In this document: piece after piece, positions 49,920-63,029 of the stretch | Layout of the letters: each line of letters opens with the position of its first letter | How positions within the stretch are numbered: position 1 is the stretch's first letter | Origin: Octopus bimaculoides | Lineage: Eukaryota | Direction of reading: 5' to 3' | Assembly: GCF_001194135.2 (NCBI RefSeq) | Contig: NC_068988.1 | Span: 13,390,581 to 13,454,580 of the forward strand | DNA: 64,000 nt | Made by a program: the position numbers and the translations under genes | The notes under the pieces: model-generated | What the model saw: only the letters and a program-made list of their open reading frames with translations | The model's database searches: none | Told to the model about the DNA's origin: nothing

Positions 49920-52900
49920 ACTACCTTTTAGCCGCTATTGTTCCCAGGTCTATGCTGACTGGAAGTAGTAGCACCTGTCAGGGCTCCCACTACAGGTTAA
50001 CTAGCATATATGATAATAATCCATCTGAGTGCAGGGATGCAGATATACCTTTGGTTAGTGACAGAAAGCACAGTAAAACCGATGGGAGTGAGGGAACCCC
50101 AGCTATGACAACAGATAAGAGAGGGACACTCTGATGTAAAATCGCATGACTACTGGTCATCTTGATTCAGCCTGTCACTAGATACTAACCACAGAGGCTC
50201 AGAGAGTGGTATGCGTGTTGTGCAAGTGTTTGTCACTATAATCCAGTGATGTACAGATGGTTCTTTATGGTGACCTCATTTGTCATTTCATCCACTGAAA
50301 GTCCAATGTCAATAGAAAGGTAGTGATGTGTGCAGGCCTAATCAGTTGGAAGCATACATATAAGTTACAGCTTTCATCTGTCACTTATGCTTTAAACAAT
50401 ACATATCTACAGCAGGACTGAATAGTCATCTGAGAGGTCATGGATGGGAAGCCAGAAATGCCATTGGCAATGAGAAAGCATAAAGAGATAACAATCATCA
50501 GTGAAGGTGGAGCAACCACCATATAAATATATCATCATCATTTTAGCATCCACTTTTCCATGCTTTCATGGGTCAGACAAAATTTCTCAAGAGAAAATTT
50601 TGTATGGTTGGATGACTTATTTGACATGAGAGGGAAAGAAGTCCATTACTGATGATTGAGAAGATATTAAGTAAAAGTGTGTTTACTGATTTTAAATCTG
50701 ATAATGATGATTTTTATTAGCTATAAGTGTTCCCATGATCCTCTGTAGCCTGCTACAAAGAGCACAAACATTCTGCTGATGAGACTGATCAAAGTCTTGA
50801 AATTTTTATGGGTTAATAGATTTAGAAATGCTATTGTTCTAAACTAAACATTAAGGACTAATAAGGAAATATGAAAACTCTTAATAATAAAAAAAGATTA
50901 AAATTGAATAGAGTTGTGGCTCTAATATAACAGGTTTAAAAGAAAATCTGTTCATTATTTTTACTCTCACAGTTGTGTGTGTGTGTGTGTGTGTGTGTGT
51001 ACATATATAATAGGAGCAGGCATGGCTGTGTGGTAAGAAGTTTGCTTCTCAGCTACATGGTTTTGGGTTCAGTCCCACTGCATGGCACCTTGGGCAAGTG
51101 TTTTCTACTATAGCCTTGAGCTGACCAAAGGTTTGTGAGTGGATATGGTATATGGAAACTGAAAGAAGCCCATCAGGTATATATATATATATATNNNNNN
51201 NNNNNNNNNNNNNNNNNNNNNNNNNNNNNNNNNNNNNNNNNNNNNNNNNNNNNNNNNNNNNNNNNNNNNNNNNNNNNNNNNNNNNNNNNNNNNNNNNNNN
51301 NNNNNNNNNNNNNNNNNNNNNNNNNNNNNNNNNNNNNNNNNNNTATATATATATATATTAGCCTGCTAACCTAGCCAGCAGGGTGGTGTCATTTGAAGGT
51401 TAAAACAATGCAAAAACGCATTGTGACCAACGATGTGTAACAACATCTGGCAGCCTGGTTGGTCATGTGATATCTATCTATCTATATATGAATGTATGTG
51501 TGCATGGGCATGTGTAATACTCTCTCCTTGAATTGACATCATGTGATAGTTGTCATGCAAGCAGTGACTTTTGCTTCCAATCTTCCATGAAAATGTGTCT
51601 GGCCATGAAGAAATGTTACCTTACTTGGAAGCAAGTGAATGTTGGTGACAGGAAGGGCATCCAGCCATAGAAAGACTGCATCAGCAAATTCTGTCTGACC
51701 CATGCAAGCATGGGAAAGTGGGTGTTGAAATGATGATGACAATGATGATGATACATGTGCATACACACCAACACATATACATATATATCTTTCACTTGTT
51801 TCAGTCATTAAGTTGGAACAAGTAATAGTAACCATTCAAGAGAGTGCCGGAATACTGCCTTGAACATCTTTACTTCTTTTCTTATTCATAATAAATCCAG
51901 TACCTACTTTTTAAAAAGTCTGGTACTTAATTTAGCAATATATATTTATCACACTGCTAAATTACAGGACATAAGCAGACAGCAATAAACACATACAAAC
52001 ATAGACACAGGCACACATACCTATGTGGTCAAGCCACTCAAAGTCATAAATCTGAATGTTAGCGCATTTAATTTATAACTGAATCCAACAAGATCTTTGC
52101 ATTTTGCCTGAAGAATCCTTGGTAGTAAACATCACAGTTTTAGGTTTGTTAGGAACAGCACAAGTAGTTCCAAACAAGCCTATGAGTAGCTAATCTATGT
52201 ACTGGGACTCACAGTTAGGGATTAAATATATAAATTTTATTTTGAGAGAGAGAGAGAGAGAGAGAGATGTCTAAGTTAAGAATTAAATAAACAAGATCTC
52301 CAAAATTGTCTGAAAAGAGATTCTCTCTCCTCTGATGACATATTTCCCTGCCAAGGGGCNNNNNNNNNNCCCCCCCCCCCCTCCCTTCCCCAACACACAC
52401 ATGTATCAGACTCTTTAGTTCATGATGATTTTAGTTTACAAACACATATTGCAAAAGTCATGTGCAACAACTGAGCAATGAAATGTAAATTCAAAGATAA
52501 AGCTTTATAACATAAACATTAACATCCTGTCTGTTCTTTTCATAAAGCAAATTATAATTACTATAAATTGTGATAACTAGTTTTTACAAAAAATTTTAAG
52601 TGTTATGGTTTTTAAGTATTATTTTCATGTTAAATACATTAATCCATGTTAATTAAATTCAGTCTCTTATGAAAAATTTGCTTCCTTTGAAATTCTTTTC
52701 TAATTCATAACAAATGAATGGCACTGATAGCATTTCCTTTTCTCTGTGTAATCCATTCAATAAATGATGGTCTTTTTTTAACCTCATATTAAACCAATAT
52801 CACTACATAATGAGAAAAGTTCCTAAAATTATTTTAAAATTAACACAGCATTTATTATATGTGATCTATTTATAGCCAGTTGGCCATCTGACTTGATTTT

Positions 52901-55824
52901 GGTGATTATTAAACAAAAGATGACAAACTGAACATTTAAGTATGAGACGGATGAAATTCTTTGAAATTTAGACAACCCTGGTTTTGCGGGGAGAAAAGCG
53001 ATAATTGTAGTGTTAATAGGTTTTCTAGAATTATATTCTAAGTAAATGATGTATTATCAGACTCAGTAATTTGTAAGTTTATTATTTAATTTAAAATTAC
53101 TTCAAGCTATAGCTAGGTTCATTTTGGATAGAATGTGATTTTTTTTTGCTTTTACACAATATTTTAAGATTGATGTTTAAAGCAAAAATGTTAGACAAGA
53201 GTCCTTGTTGTTGATGTGTGAGTTAGTGTTTGATGTCACTGTTATCTGTGATGTGCTTTGGTCACTGCTAATGCTCTTGACACTGTTAATTATTTTTACC
53301 TACTCGTATTCTCTTTGTTTCAAGATATAGAGTAAATGCAAATAGCAAGACAGATTTCTATTTCTATTTTCTACATCAGGTCTTGTTTTAGTTTGCTTTG
53401 CATTTTAACGTTTCTGCTGCCATTGCACCCTCTCCTATCTCCTATAGCCACCAATATAAAAGTACATGACTTAGGTCACTAAGTACTCTCTATACACTTA
53501 CACACTTGTTCCTTTTACATACCAATTGTGGCCTTTCTGCCATCATAGTACTCTCGCTTTAGCAGAGATGGCATTGGTTTGTGAGCCCCTTTAGAATAGT
53601 CCTTTTAAGGACTTAACTCTCTAGGATTGTTGCCACAAGAAAACACACCTAGTGCAATCTGTAAAGCTGTTGGCAATAGGAAAGGTATTCATCCATAGAA
53701 ACTAAACCAAATGGTACATTTGACCACTAATCTATGAGAGCAATGACTCCCAATCAGAAATGACTTGAACTGTGATGGCCCATCTAACCTATGCTAGCAT
53801 GGGAAATGGACATAAATTGATGATGATGAGACAAAAGAAAGATTTCTACAGAATGAAATGAAAGATTGACTGTAATATAATTGATTACTTTGAACAAATT
53901 GGATAGGGGCACTGCTAACCAAAAGAAATAAAAGTCTTTTCAAGGTTTTATAATTATAACATGTCAAATATTTTAATTTTAGATTTCAGTATCAATGAAA
54001 AATCGAATAAGAAATATAGGCCAGTTCCCCACCATTTACATCTACAACTTTACTGTAATTAAGTTAATACTAATAATAATGAACATTGAAATAATTAAAA
54101 ATATTGCAAAATTCAAAATGGAAATGAAAAAAAGTCCATATTTTTCCTTCCATTTTCTTTCTTTCTCTCATTTTTTTTTCCAATTAAAAAATATATTTAG
54201 ACATTCAACTCCATTATTTAATAGCAGTAGTTTAAATATGAAAAGTTATTTTTAGACCAAAGTATGAGACCATGACAAGAATTAAAAGATCAATGTTTTA
54301 CTGGCCGTTTTACCCCATTTGAAATCATTCCCCTCTACTCTTTCTAATGTGTTTATTGTCTCATGACAGTTATGCATAATAAAACAAATTCAGTTAAGTT
54401 TAATTTTCTCTGATCCTCATTTAGCATAAATCTATTTTTAGAAACTAATAACTTTTATCTTTATAATTTGCTCTCTCTTTCACCACTTAAAACTATATGC
54501 TTCATTGCACACTATTTCCCCACCTTCAGCACATGGACATCAGATTAAACTGTTCTTTCTGTGTAAGTACAGAAGGGAAAAAAGAAAATTCCATTTAAAC
54601 CAAGATTAATAATGTGCATCTAAAGCCAAGCATTAAAAAAACATGTAAAAAGTGTCAATTAGTGACCAGGTTTGGCTGTTGGCCAATGGAAAGGAATCCA
54701 ACACATAACAACCACCACCACCACCACCACCACCACTGCATCTGGTTGTCATTAAGTATTTATTGCTGCTTCCCCCTGGACATAACATTACTTCTGAGAT
54801 TATGCTTCAGTGTGGTGGCAATCTGTTGTTGATTATCTTTTTGAAAATAAATACTATCAATTAGCACAGAGAGAGAGAGAGGCTGTTAACATTAATTGAT
54901 TCATCAATGTTTGTTTTATACTAATGGAGCTTTAATATTTATGTATTTTATATTGCATTTTGTGAACAATAGTATCATTGGTCAAGTTTATGAGGGGCCA
55001 ATCATTGGTTCATGACATTTTCAATAGCAAGAGTGACAAGGAAGTTATCTGAGCAACTTGTGCAGAATAAATACCACAATATTATTTTTTGTTTGAAAGC
55101 AGCAGTTTATCAGATTTCTCACCAATGTCCACACCCTTTGCTGCTGTATATTGTTTAAATATATACATATTCATGCACACACACACAGCACATTCACATA
55201 TACAGTAGGATTCCATACAGTTTACAAGTTGCTCAGATAACTTCCTTGTCACTCTTGCTATTGAAAATGTCATGAATCAGTGATTGGCCTCTCATAAACT
55301 TAACCAACGATACTATTGCTCACAAAAAATGCAATATAAAATACATAAATATTAAAGCACCGTTAGTATAAAACAAACAATGATGAATCAATTCTATATA
55401 GTTTACATATATAACATTCCACTCTCATATTAGTTGGACAGTAAGAGGCTATTGTAGAAGACACATGCCCATAGTGTAATACAGTGAGATTGAATATGGA
55501 ACAACAATAAAGTGAATTTGGTAGATAAAATCTGCCTGAAGTTATGTATGTGTCCATCCATGCCTGTTTTTATGTTTAACACTGGTCAAAAAAAGGAAAT
55601 GCTGATGTTATTTATGCTGTGTCCCTTTACATCTTATAAACTAGTGGATTGATAAAATAAGTACTGGGCTATAGGCATGGCTGTGAGGTTAAAAGTTTGC
55701 TCCCAAACCACATGGTTTCAAGTTCAGTCACACTGTATGACACCTTGGGTAGGTGTCTTCTACTACGGCCCCAGGACAATCAAAGCTTTGTGAGTGGATT
55801 CAGTAGATGAAAACTGAAAGATGC

Positions 55825-55866
<42 letters not shown>

Positions 55867-58800
55867 AAAATGAAAAATAATAATAAGACAGAATGCTAAA
55901 CTGGACGCGTATTTTAATAAAGATTTCTAACCGGCTTTCATTGCAGAGCAAATTTTCAAGAAGAGGGAAAATGAAAATGTTTTTTACAAAGAAGTACAAA
56001 ATGAATAAAATAATATATAAAAAAATAAATATACCAATACATTATATTGTCTTTGAGCTTTTGAAGTTCAATGGTAATTCATGTATATAATGGTTGGAAA
56101 AATAAGGATGCATGAGAATTGAGAGTTGTGTTAGGTTTAGAAAAAGGGTTAAAAGTTTGTGTTAAGCAGGAAGTATGGTGTCAAAACAGGAAGTGTGTGT
56201 AAGAGGAGACAAATGTTTTTAGTTGGAGTTATGAACTCTTTTTCAACAGGAAGAAAGATGTAAAATCAAAGAAACAAGATAAATTCACAGTATGCTTGAG
56301 AGAGAGAGAAAGAGAGAGAGGTGGGGAATTAATGCAGTTAATCATTTTAATAGTTTGAAGTAAGTAATTAGAATATATAAAGAGGCAAATCAAATAAGAT
56401 ATTGGTGTATTGATTTTTCAGACAATTGAACAGAAATAGTAAATTACAATTATGCTCAGAAGATACAGTTTCATTAAATTTATCCACATAGTGATTATGG
56501 GCAACAAGATTTTCTAAAACAACAACCTATGTATCAACATGAATTTCCTCTTGTAGGAAAGGAAATAATATAAATGGCTAAAGATGTACATTTGATAAAA
56601 AAAAGACTGGGAGCAAGGGATAACAAAAAANNNNNNNNNNGGGGGGGGGGGGCAAAAAAAAACATTTGAAGAAATTGTTTTTTTTCTGCCCTGAGGAAGA
56701 AGGGCAGCAACAAATAGAATACGTATGCTCTGCAAAACATGAACAGGGAGTGTATTCCATATGGTTGTGGTTTTGGTGAAGAAGGATTAGAAAAAGCATT
56801 TAGAGAAGGTCTCTGGTCTGAGAATAACTTATACATATCCAGGTAAGAGGTGAGTGACAAGGAAGACAGAATCTATGCAAGCACAGAAATTAGCTTTTGG
56901 AATGAAGTTAGAACTCTCTGGACAGCAGAGATTGATTGAAGACAGGGATTAAGAAATTTGTATCATGGAGAGGAATAGGATATATGATCTGCATTTGAGT
57001 AAGAGATGTTGAGTGCGATCTAAGTTGGAACAAAATCCATGGATAATTGGCGAAGAGGAGGGAGATTGTCCAAAGGGTTTATTTATTTATTTATTTTCAT
57101 TTTGGGGACAAGTAGACGGTGAAAGTGTATTAATTTCTTCCTCTGTTTCCCTGCTACAAGTCTCAGAGGTTATTCAAAAAGAAATGGTGAAGGGCTCTGT
57201 ATTCCATACCATGACTCAGAACAAAAAAAAACAACAAAAAAACCCCACAACAGAATAAGAAGGGGATAATTAAAAGAAAAAGATAGGTATATCAAAGTGT
57301 CAAAAGAAACATGGGATGTTTCAAGAAGCAGATGAGATTGTAGGAGTAGTAATTGTAGAAGAGACATAGGAAAAGTCCTAGATGTCAGTGGAGTAGTGGT
57401 TAGGGTAGATTGGTAAGTGAAGGTTGCTTATCTGTCAATGGGTCTTTATTTTGGATGCGGAAGGTAATAGTGGAAAGTGGTGGTGTTGGTGATGATGAAG
57501 AAATTGTATTTTTAATACTAAATTACAATGAAATAGAATAAATTATAAATATAATTTCACTGTATTTAAGAGCCCAGGGATTCATTTATCTCAATCATAT
57601 CATTTTCTTGTATGAATGATTCTAACTTTATTTTATCTCTTTCAGGGAATTTATGAAAAATATATACAGCAAATAAGATGCAACAAATTTGATTAAATCC
57701 CGAAACACATATGGCTGCCTCAAAGCATTTGATGTTCTGTATGGTGATAACCTTACTGCAAATTATTGAATGGAAATAGCGTTCATAGCTGTTAATAAAT
57801 GTGTAATTGAATGCAGCCACAAATACTAATTAAAGACTACAGACACTTATCCTTGCAATATCTGTAGATATTCCAGCATAATATTTCAATAGGTTAGCAG
57901 AGCACTCTTTACTGAATATTAAAACAAGATAGATTAAAAAAAAAAACCCATGTAGATATCATGCATAAATGTGAGATATAAGAGAGAAAGATAAATAAAA
58001 TTAGAGGCAGAGATTTCAAAAATGATAGTGAAAATATTTTTTGTTTTGGTAGGGAAGAATGAAATTAGTGAAGTGTGGAAAGCAAAAGCTATTGTAGTAA
58101 CAGAAGAGATAATATGTAAAAATTGTTGGTTAGAGTTTGCATTTCTTTAGATACTGTCTAGTTATCAAGGAGTTTGAACAGTGTCATAACAGTAGTCTAT
58201 AGTTAGGTGTATCTATATTTTGTAAAGAAAGTATGTTCAGTGATGAAGTTCTTTATCTCTAAAGAGTGAAGAATTGTTCTCTATATGAAATGATGTTATT
58301 TTCGTTGTACTATTTTCTGTACTGAGTAGTGAATAAATGTCAACATATTTCCTATGTTTATACAATTATAAGTTTTCAGACTATTAAGTTCATCATTAGG
58401 GACGACATATCTAATATTCACATCTACTACTACTATAACAAAAACATATCAATCCTTTGAACTCCACTGTTGCTCTTCTAATATAATGTAGTTCTATCAT
58501 GCATGGCATAAAAAGTTCTTTCACAGTTGGAGGCACATCATTCCACCTGGTTTAATATCACCATCTAACCCATGGTTGCCTTTACTGGAGATCCAGCCTA
58601 ATTCTAGAAAAAAAAGGGAAACCCTCTGGACAATTTTTCCTCCTCTAGTTATTCCATGGATTTTGTTTCAACTCAAATCTCACTTATTTCTTTGTTACAT
58701 GCAAACTCACATCCTATTACTCTCCAAGGCACAGATCTTTCAACTCCATCACTGCTGTCCTGACAAGAATTTCTATTAGATTCCATTCTCCCCGCCATTC

Positions 58801-60660
58801 AACTGGTTATCAACAATAATAGCTTCTAGCCACTCTGACCCAAAGCCTCCCTCCCACAATCCCCAAAATACATCTGTTCTTTCTATTGCTCTCCTAACTC
58901 CTTAAACTACCAGCTTCTCTTCAACTATGTCTCCTCAGTTGAGGTCATATATCTCAATCCCTCACCAAAGCCAGTGACTTCAGTGTTCATTAGTGGCTCT
59001 CTCACTTAATTCACATTGATGTGAAGAAGCAGATAAGAAGATTCGCCAAAGTTATTTGGATGCATTTAGTAAGTGACAGAACTGAATGGGAAAATAAAAC
59101 ATTACAAATCTTTTAAGATTCCAAAGGAGAGATTAGAAAACATTCCCTGAATTTATTTCACATGAGAGATGCCATAAAAGGAAACAGATGATACAGAAGA
59201 AAACACTTACTTCAGCATTATAAAATTTTGTCTTAACATCAAGGGGTTTCAAGACCTGTAAAAAAAAAACATTTAGAGAGTCAAAGCTAAAATCAATACC
59301 TCAATCACATGGATGATATTAAAAAAAAGTAAATAAAAATTGAAGAGAAGTAGAGGTTAAAATATTTTCATATTTATTTTTAATTCTATTGAAAAAATAA
59401 TATCATCCTGGAGGAGCTTTCTACTTTCACTATAGTTGGTAATGTCTTAAGAAAAGGTAGAAATCTCATGACTTATTTTTCTTCCTAAAATTCTGATGAA
59501 TCTTATTTCTTTTTTGACATTTAAATGTCTTTGATTCGTATTTCTTCAAATCTACCTTGTCACACAAACAACACAGAAACTCCACTCATTGAAGCAGCCT
59601 AGCATGAATTCTGCCTGAGTGACTAAGATATCTACTAACACAATAATAAATTAATAATAATAAAACAATAACAAAAACAATGCACTGTTTAATGAAAAAA
59701 ACTGATAAGATAGTGGAAAAAGTACTCTATTATTAAGATATTTTCTGAATGAATTGGAACCTTAGTTTTGAAACTAAGTATTTTATTGTTTTTATATGGG
59801 ATGTGTTCAAAGTTATGTTAGCACCTTAAAATTTATAAAAGATTTTATCAGAAGATTTTACCAAATTCTTAAACTGCCTATTTTTCATTTTGTTTTCTCT
59901 ATATCAGTGGTAAAAGTCTATAAAAAAGAATCTGATTTTTCCAAAATAATAAATGATGTTCTTCACATAAGGCCCCACTGCACAAAACTGATTTGTATTG
60001 TTCACCATTTTCACTTACTGACATAGCATTACATTGAAGGTAACTGCCTAGCAACTCATTTAATAAACACAGGTAATATTATATCAGATGGTTGCATACA
60101 AGCCATTGTGCTAATATACTTTAACATTTAAGACTGCAAAAAGTATGTAAACAATTTGATATTGTCACATGAAAGGGAATAGACTTTCCATAATCATAAC
60201 ACATATCTGAGTACTTTTGCTTATCACTTGACATCTCAGATTTCAATTTCATTTAATAGACTGTATCTAACATACAAAAAAATGTGCTTTCTTTTACTTG
60301 ACAATATTGGCAATTGTTTGCCAGTGTTTTTCATAAAGAGTTAATAAACTATATCAAATTCCACTGTGTTGTTTGTATGAAATGTCTTCATAATAACAAT
60401 GTTTGACAATATCAAATGGTTTTACCTACATTTTCATCATAAACTGGAGATCTATATTTATACGATTGCCCTATTTATTACACGAGATGTCTTAAAAACA
60501 ATGAGTGCTTACAAGAATATGAAAAACATGTGATATTTTTATGACCTAGCTAATCAGAAAAGATTAGCTTTACTTATAAAAACTCACCTGAAATTTGAAG
60601 AACTTGCGGAAAGCCATTTTATCACCAGATTCCGTGACATAACTAACTGCACACACCAGA
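34632..60660 (-). CDS. TRAPPC13: Trafficking protein particle complex subunit 13, last 7 coding exons (263 aa); 5' exons lie beyond the right edge
   Basis: Exons 60660-60588 ([24 protein letters not shown]), 59255-59211 ([15 protein letters not shown]), 41228-41098 ([14 protein letters not shown]...), 36565-36364 (..[34 protein letters not shown]), 35361-35261 ([13 protein letters not shown]), 34960-34807 ([22 protein letters not shown]), 34718-34632 ([28 protein letters not shown]). All introns are GT-AG with matching phases, and the motifs match TRAPPC13 as I recall it. Confidence 0.95.
36676..36785. mobile_element. 110-bp Tc1/mariner-type MITE (TA-flanked)
   Basis: TA+CGAGGGGTGTATGAGAAGTCTTGAGCCT versus the reverse complement of the right end, TA+CGAGGGCTGTATGAAAAGTTTTGAGCCT (27/30). 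Confidence 0.85.
39135..39356. mobile_element. Older mariner-type MITE
   Basis: Right TIR (reverse complement) TACGAGGAGGTACTGAAAAGTTCTTGGCTTT; the left copy is degenerate (about 20/29 match). Confidence 0.6.
39875..40783 (+). mobile_element. 5'-truncated RTE LINE spanning an N gap
   Basis: [42 protein letters not shown] before the gap. After the gap is the RTE 3' end with (GAT)n tail, nearly identical to 21304-21430. Confidence 0.8.
41392..41620 (+). mobile_element. tRNA-derived SINE with Meta-domain-like core
   Basis: GCTGGCAGAATCGTTAG...GAGTTCAAATTC head, then GCCGAGGTTGGCTATGCCTTTCATCCTTTTGGGGTC...AATAAGTACCAG. Confidence 0.7.
41964..43149. repeat. Near-perfect 280-bp inverted repeat with 626-nt spacer
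   Basis: Arms 41964-42243 and 42870-43149; I found two mismatches by eye, both transitions. Confidence 0.92.
46372..46852. mobile_element. Two adjacent TTAA-flanked piggyBac-like MITEs in opposite orientation
   Basis: Copy A 46372-46591 has TTAA|CCCTTTAGCATT...AATGCTAAAGGG|TTAA. Copy B 46632-46852 is a diverged reverse-complement copy, also TTAA-flanked. Confidence 0.85.
46870..47170 (+). mobile_element. CR1-like LINE 3' end with (ATT)n tail
   Basis: Frame ..[27 protein letters not shown] resembles the CR1 ORF2 end, followed by a 3' UTR and (ATT)n. Confidence 0.6.
48751..49035. repeat. Degenerate ~60-bp minisatellite, about 5 units
   Basis: Recurring AGAATAAA...CAACTAGAGGCAATTTAATGCTTGAT...TAGGTAA units. 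Confidence 0.7.
49920..50520 (+). mobile_element. Decayed RTE/RTEX-like LINE 3' region
   Basis: Broken frame ending [19 protein letters not shown] (C2H2-like tail). Confidence 0.5.
54894..55393. repeat. ~170-bp inverted repeat with ~160-nt spacer
   Basis: Arms 54894-55061 and 55224-55393, roughly 93-95% identical, differences mostly transitions. No TSD seen. Confidence 0.88.
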
Positions 60661-62757
60661 CTGTAACCAAAAATAGATAATGTTGTTTTGAGTGTGAAAT
60701 GAATATTATTTATTAACAAAACATTTATAAGATACAAATATGAAGAAACTAAAACTCCAAGATAAAATGAAGACCAAATTTCCCATTCATTTCATGAGAC
60801 ATCATTTCACAGTTGGTACACTTTATAAGAAGGACTATGTTAATTTTAAATACATTTGTATTTTGCTAATGTGTTTGGCTTTATTTCTTGTTGAACATTT
60901 TTTCTCTACATTAGAAGCATGCTATCTCTATGGAATATGATGGGTAGATTGCTGATCCTAAGTCATGGGCTCACATTCTGCTTGATTACTCAGTTTATTT
61001 CAATCTATATACCTGCTAATACACTCCATTCCATGGCAGGGTGACTAATATTAGGAAAGCATCCACATGTTAATACCAGCCTCAGTAAGTCATACAAGTA
61101 TTTGAATATAAATAGTTCAGAAATTTAGTAAATCAGGTATAACAATAATATTTAAAAATGAGTTTATAAAGTACTTTGTTAATTAGGAATTTTGTAGTAA
61201 AAAGAAGCAGGTGTAAAAGAGACTATATTTTATAGCCCTCATATGTATTTTTCAATAAGGACTTAACAGCCATAAAGTGCAGGCATTATGCATCCCAGGA
61301 AAGGCAGAAAGAAAAAAAAAGAATAAAAAAGAGCACCTATGTTTTGACTTTATGAGATCTAACTACAGTTAAAGAAAAATCCCCAAGAAATAATTATTTT
61401 AGGAATATAGCATAAATAATCCAACGACCCAATAAGCTAGTAATAATAAAAAAAGAAAAAGCTAAAATTAAAAAAAGTAAAAAAAAACAATAACCCAACA
61501 ACACAAGACAAGAAAAAATGAAAAGAAAAAAGTAATATAATAAAAGGAGAAAATATAAAAGAGCAAGTATTTTTTTGTGTCTGGCAACTACTGTCTCAGA
61601 AGAATCTGAGAATGAGTTATTAATAATACATGGAAAAAATATATTAATGTTTATTATTATTAATGTTAATCATCGTCATTGTCATCACCATTATTATTAT
61701 AGTAAATTAAGAAAATATTGTGTTGTTGTTTAGTTGTATGTCAGCCCTGATGAAGCAGACTTGTGTCATGTAGGTAGTTGGTCAAGCAACAAAATGTGAT
61801 CCAGAAACTCAATGTTCCAGATAAGCCGTGAATAGTATGGGTTTAATTAAGGCCCATACTGTATATTAACATAACAACAGTTAATAGTATAGGGTATAGC
61901 ATTACAGTCTAGATATGTTGCACTCTCTCCACTGCCTGCTCTATATCTCCTGCTGTTGTTTAACCATATTAGGTCATCTCTAATTAAGCAGGCTTAAGAT
62001 CAAAAATGTTCTGGCTGAGACTGTCCATCCACACTGCCCAATGTGGATGGTTAGTCTTTTTTTTAAGACAGCAGATTGCACATTAACAGAGTTTTGGCTG
62101 CTATTTCTAACAGGTTGAGTAACCATGTAAAATTATTTCTGTTGGCCAAATATGGTGCCTATGCATATGTGTATCCATTTACTTTCTTTAGTATATCCTG
62201 AACATGTGCTCTTACATGTTGTACAAGTATTTGTATGTAATTCCTAGTATTTTTGTATTTTTGTCTTGTGGGTGTTGAGTGTGATGGTTGGTTGTATATA
62301 ATGTTCTCTAGTGTTGCAAGCAAGAAAGGAAATGATAGGTTTGGCAAGTCTGTTGTTTTGAAGTTCAGTTTCTAGGTGATTGACATAGAATTAGAGTAGT
62401 TTGGAGTAGTTTTGCGTTTGTCTGAACAATGGTCTAAGGATGATACTGTAATTTTATCTGCTTTTGAGGATGTGTGGATGTTTTGAGCAGGTCATGTGGG
62501 TCAAAGGTTAAAAAGAAAATGAGTGAAAGAACAAATCATTGTGGTACTCCACTCAAAGAATAAAAAATTCTAGTTGTTTTGTTGTACTTTCAAAACAATG
62601 TATCAATCACCATCTGGTGCAGTTTGCTCATGACTACAGTACTGTATTTTGGTAAACTTTGACTTCCATTCTAATAAATCACCTCACACCATGTCAGTAT
62701 TTTATCTACATAAATTAACAGGTGGACCAATGACTGATGAGGTGTGATGATTTAGAT

Positions 62758-63015
62758 CAGTGGTTCTCAATCCAGAGTTCACATGACCCTTGGGGGTCCG
62801 TATAAGGTTTTGTTATTAAAGTTTATGTGCAATAAATTGGTTACATTTCTACAATGTACAAAATATTTTAACAATTTAAAAAAATATAATTCCTAATAAT
62901 ATTTAATTATAAAAATATAATAGGATTTTTTAAAACATTGAATGGGTATGAAGGTCCAGTAGAGTAAAATAGGAATCAAATGGGTCCATAGGTAAAAAAA
63001 TGGTCGAGAAACACC
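62758..63015. mobile_element. hAT (Charlie-type) MITE, decayed right end
   Basis: CAGTGGTTCTCAA 5' terminus preceded by ATTTAGAT (resembles the NTCTAGAN target consensus); degenerate GAGAAACAC near 63007-63015. Confidence 0.5.
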
Positions 63016-63029
63016 AATCTGTATCTAGT

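Noticed and set aside
1480-56860. Long ORF-track entries containing X runs (e.g. 21375-22291, 23133-23633, 39953-40760)
   Set aside because: They are artefacts of translating through N gaps; the flanking residues are RTE/SINE or microsatellite sequence.
57566-57820. 84-aa minus-strand ORF considered as a nested SHLD3-like gene in TRAPPC13
   Set aside because: It has a GTG start and no resemblance to SHLD3 as I recall it. It sits among decayed retroelement sequence, and vertebrate SHLD3 lies in the first intron, which is outside this window.
60019-60047. 29-nt candidate TRAPPC13 cassette exon (TAG...GTAAGT on the minus strand)
   Set aside because: The pyrimidine tract is weak and the exon would shift the frame, while the flanking exons already join in frame as in the known protein.
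10706-60587. Possible U12-type introns or intronic C/D snoRNAs
   Set aside because: All donors found are U2-type GT variants with no RTATCCTT. TGATGA/CTGA boxes occur only in simple repeats or without terminal stems.
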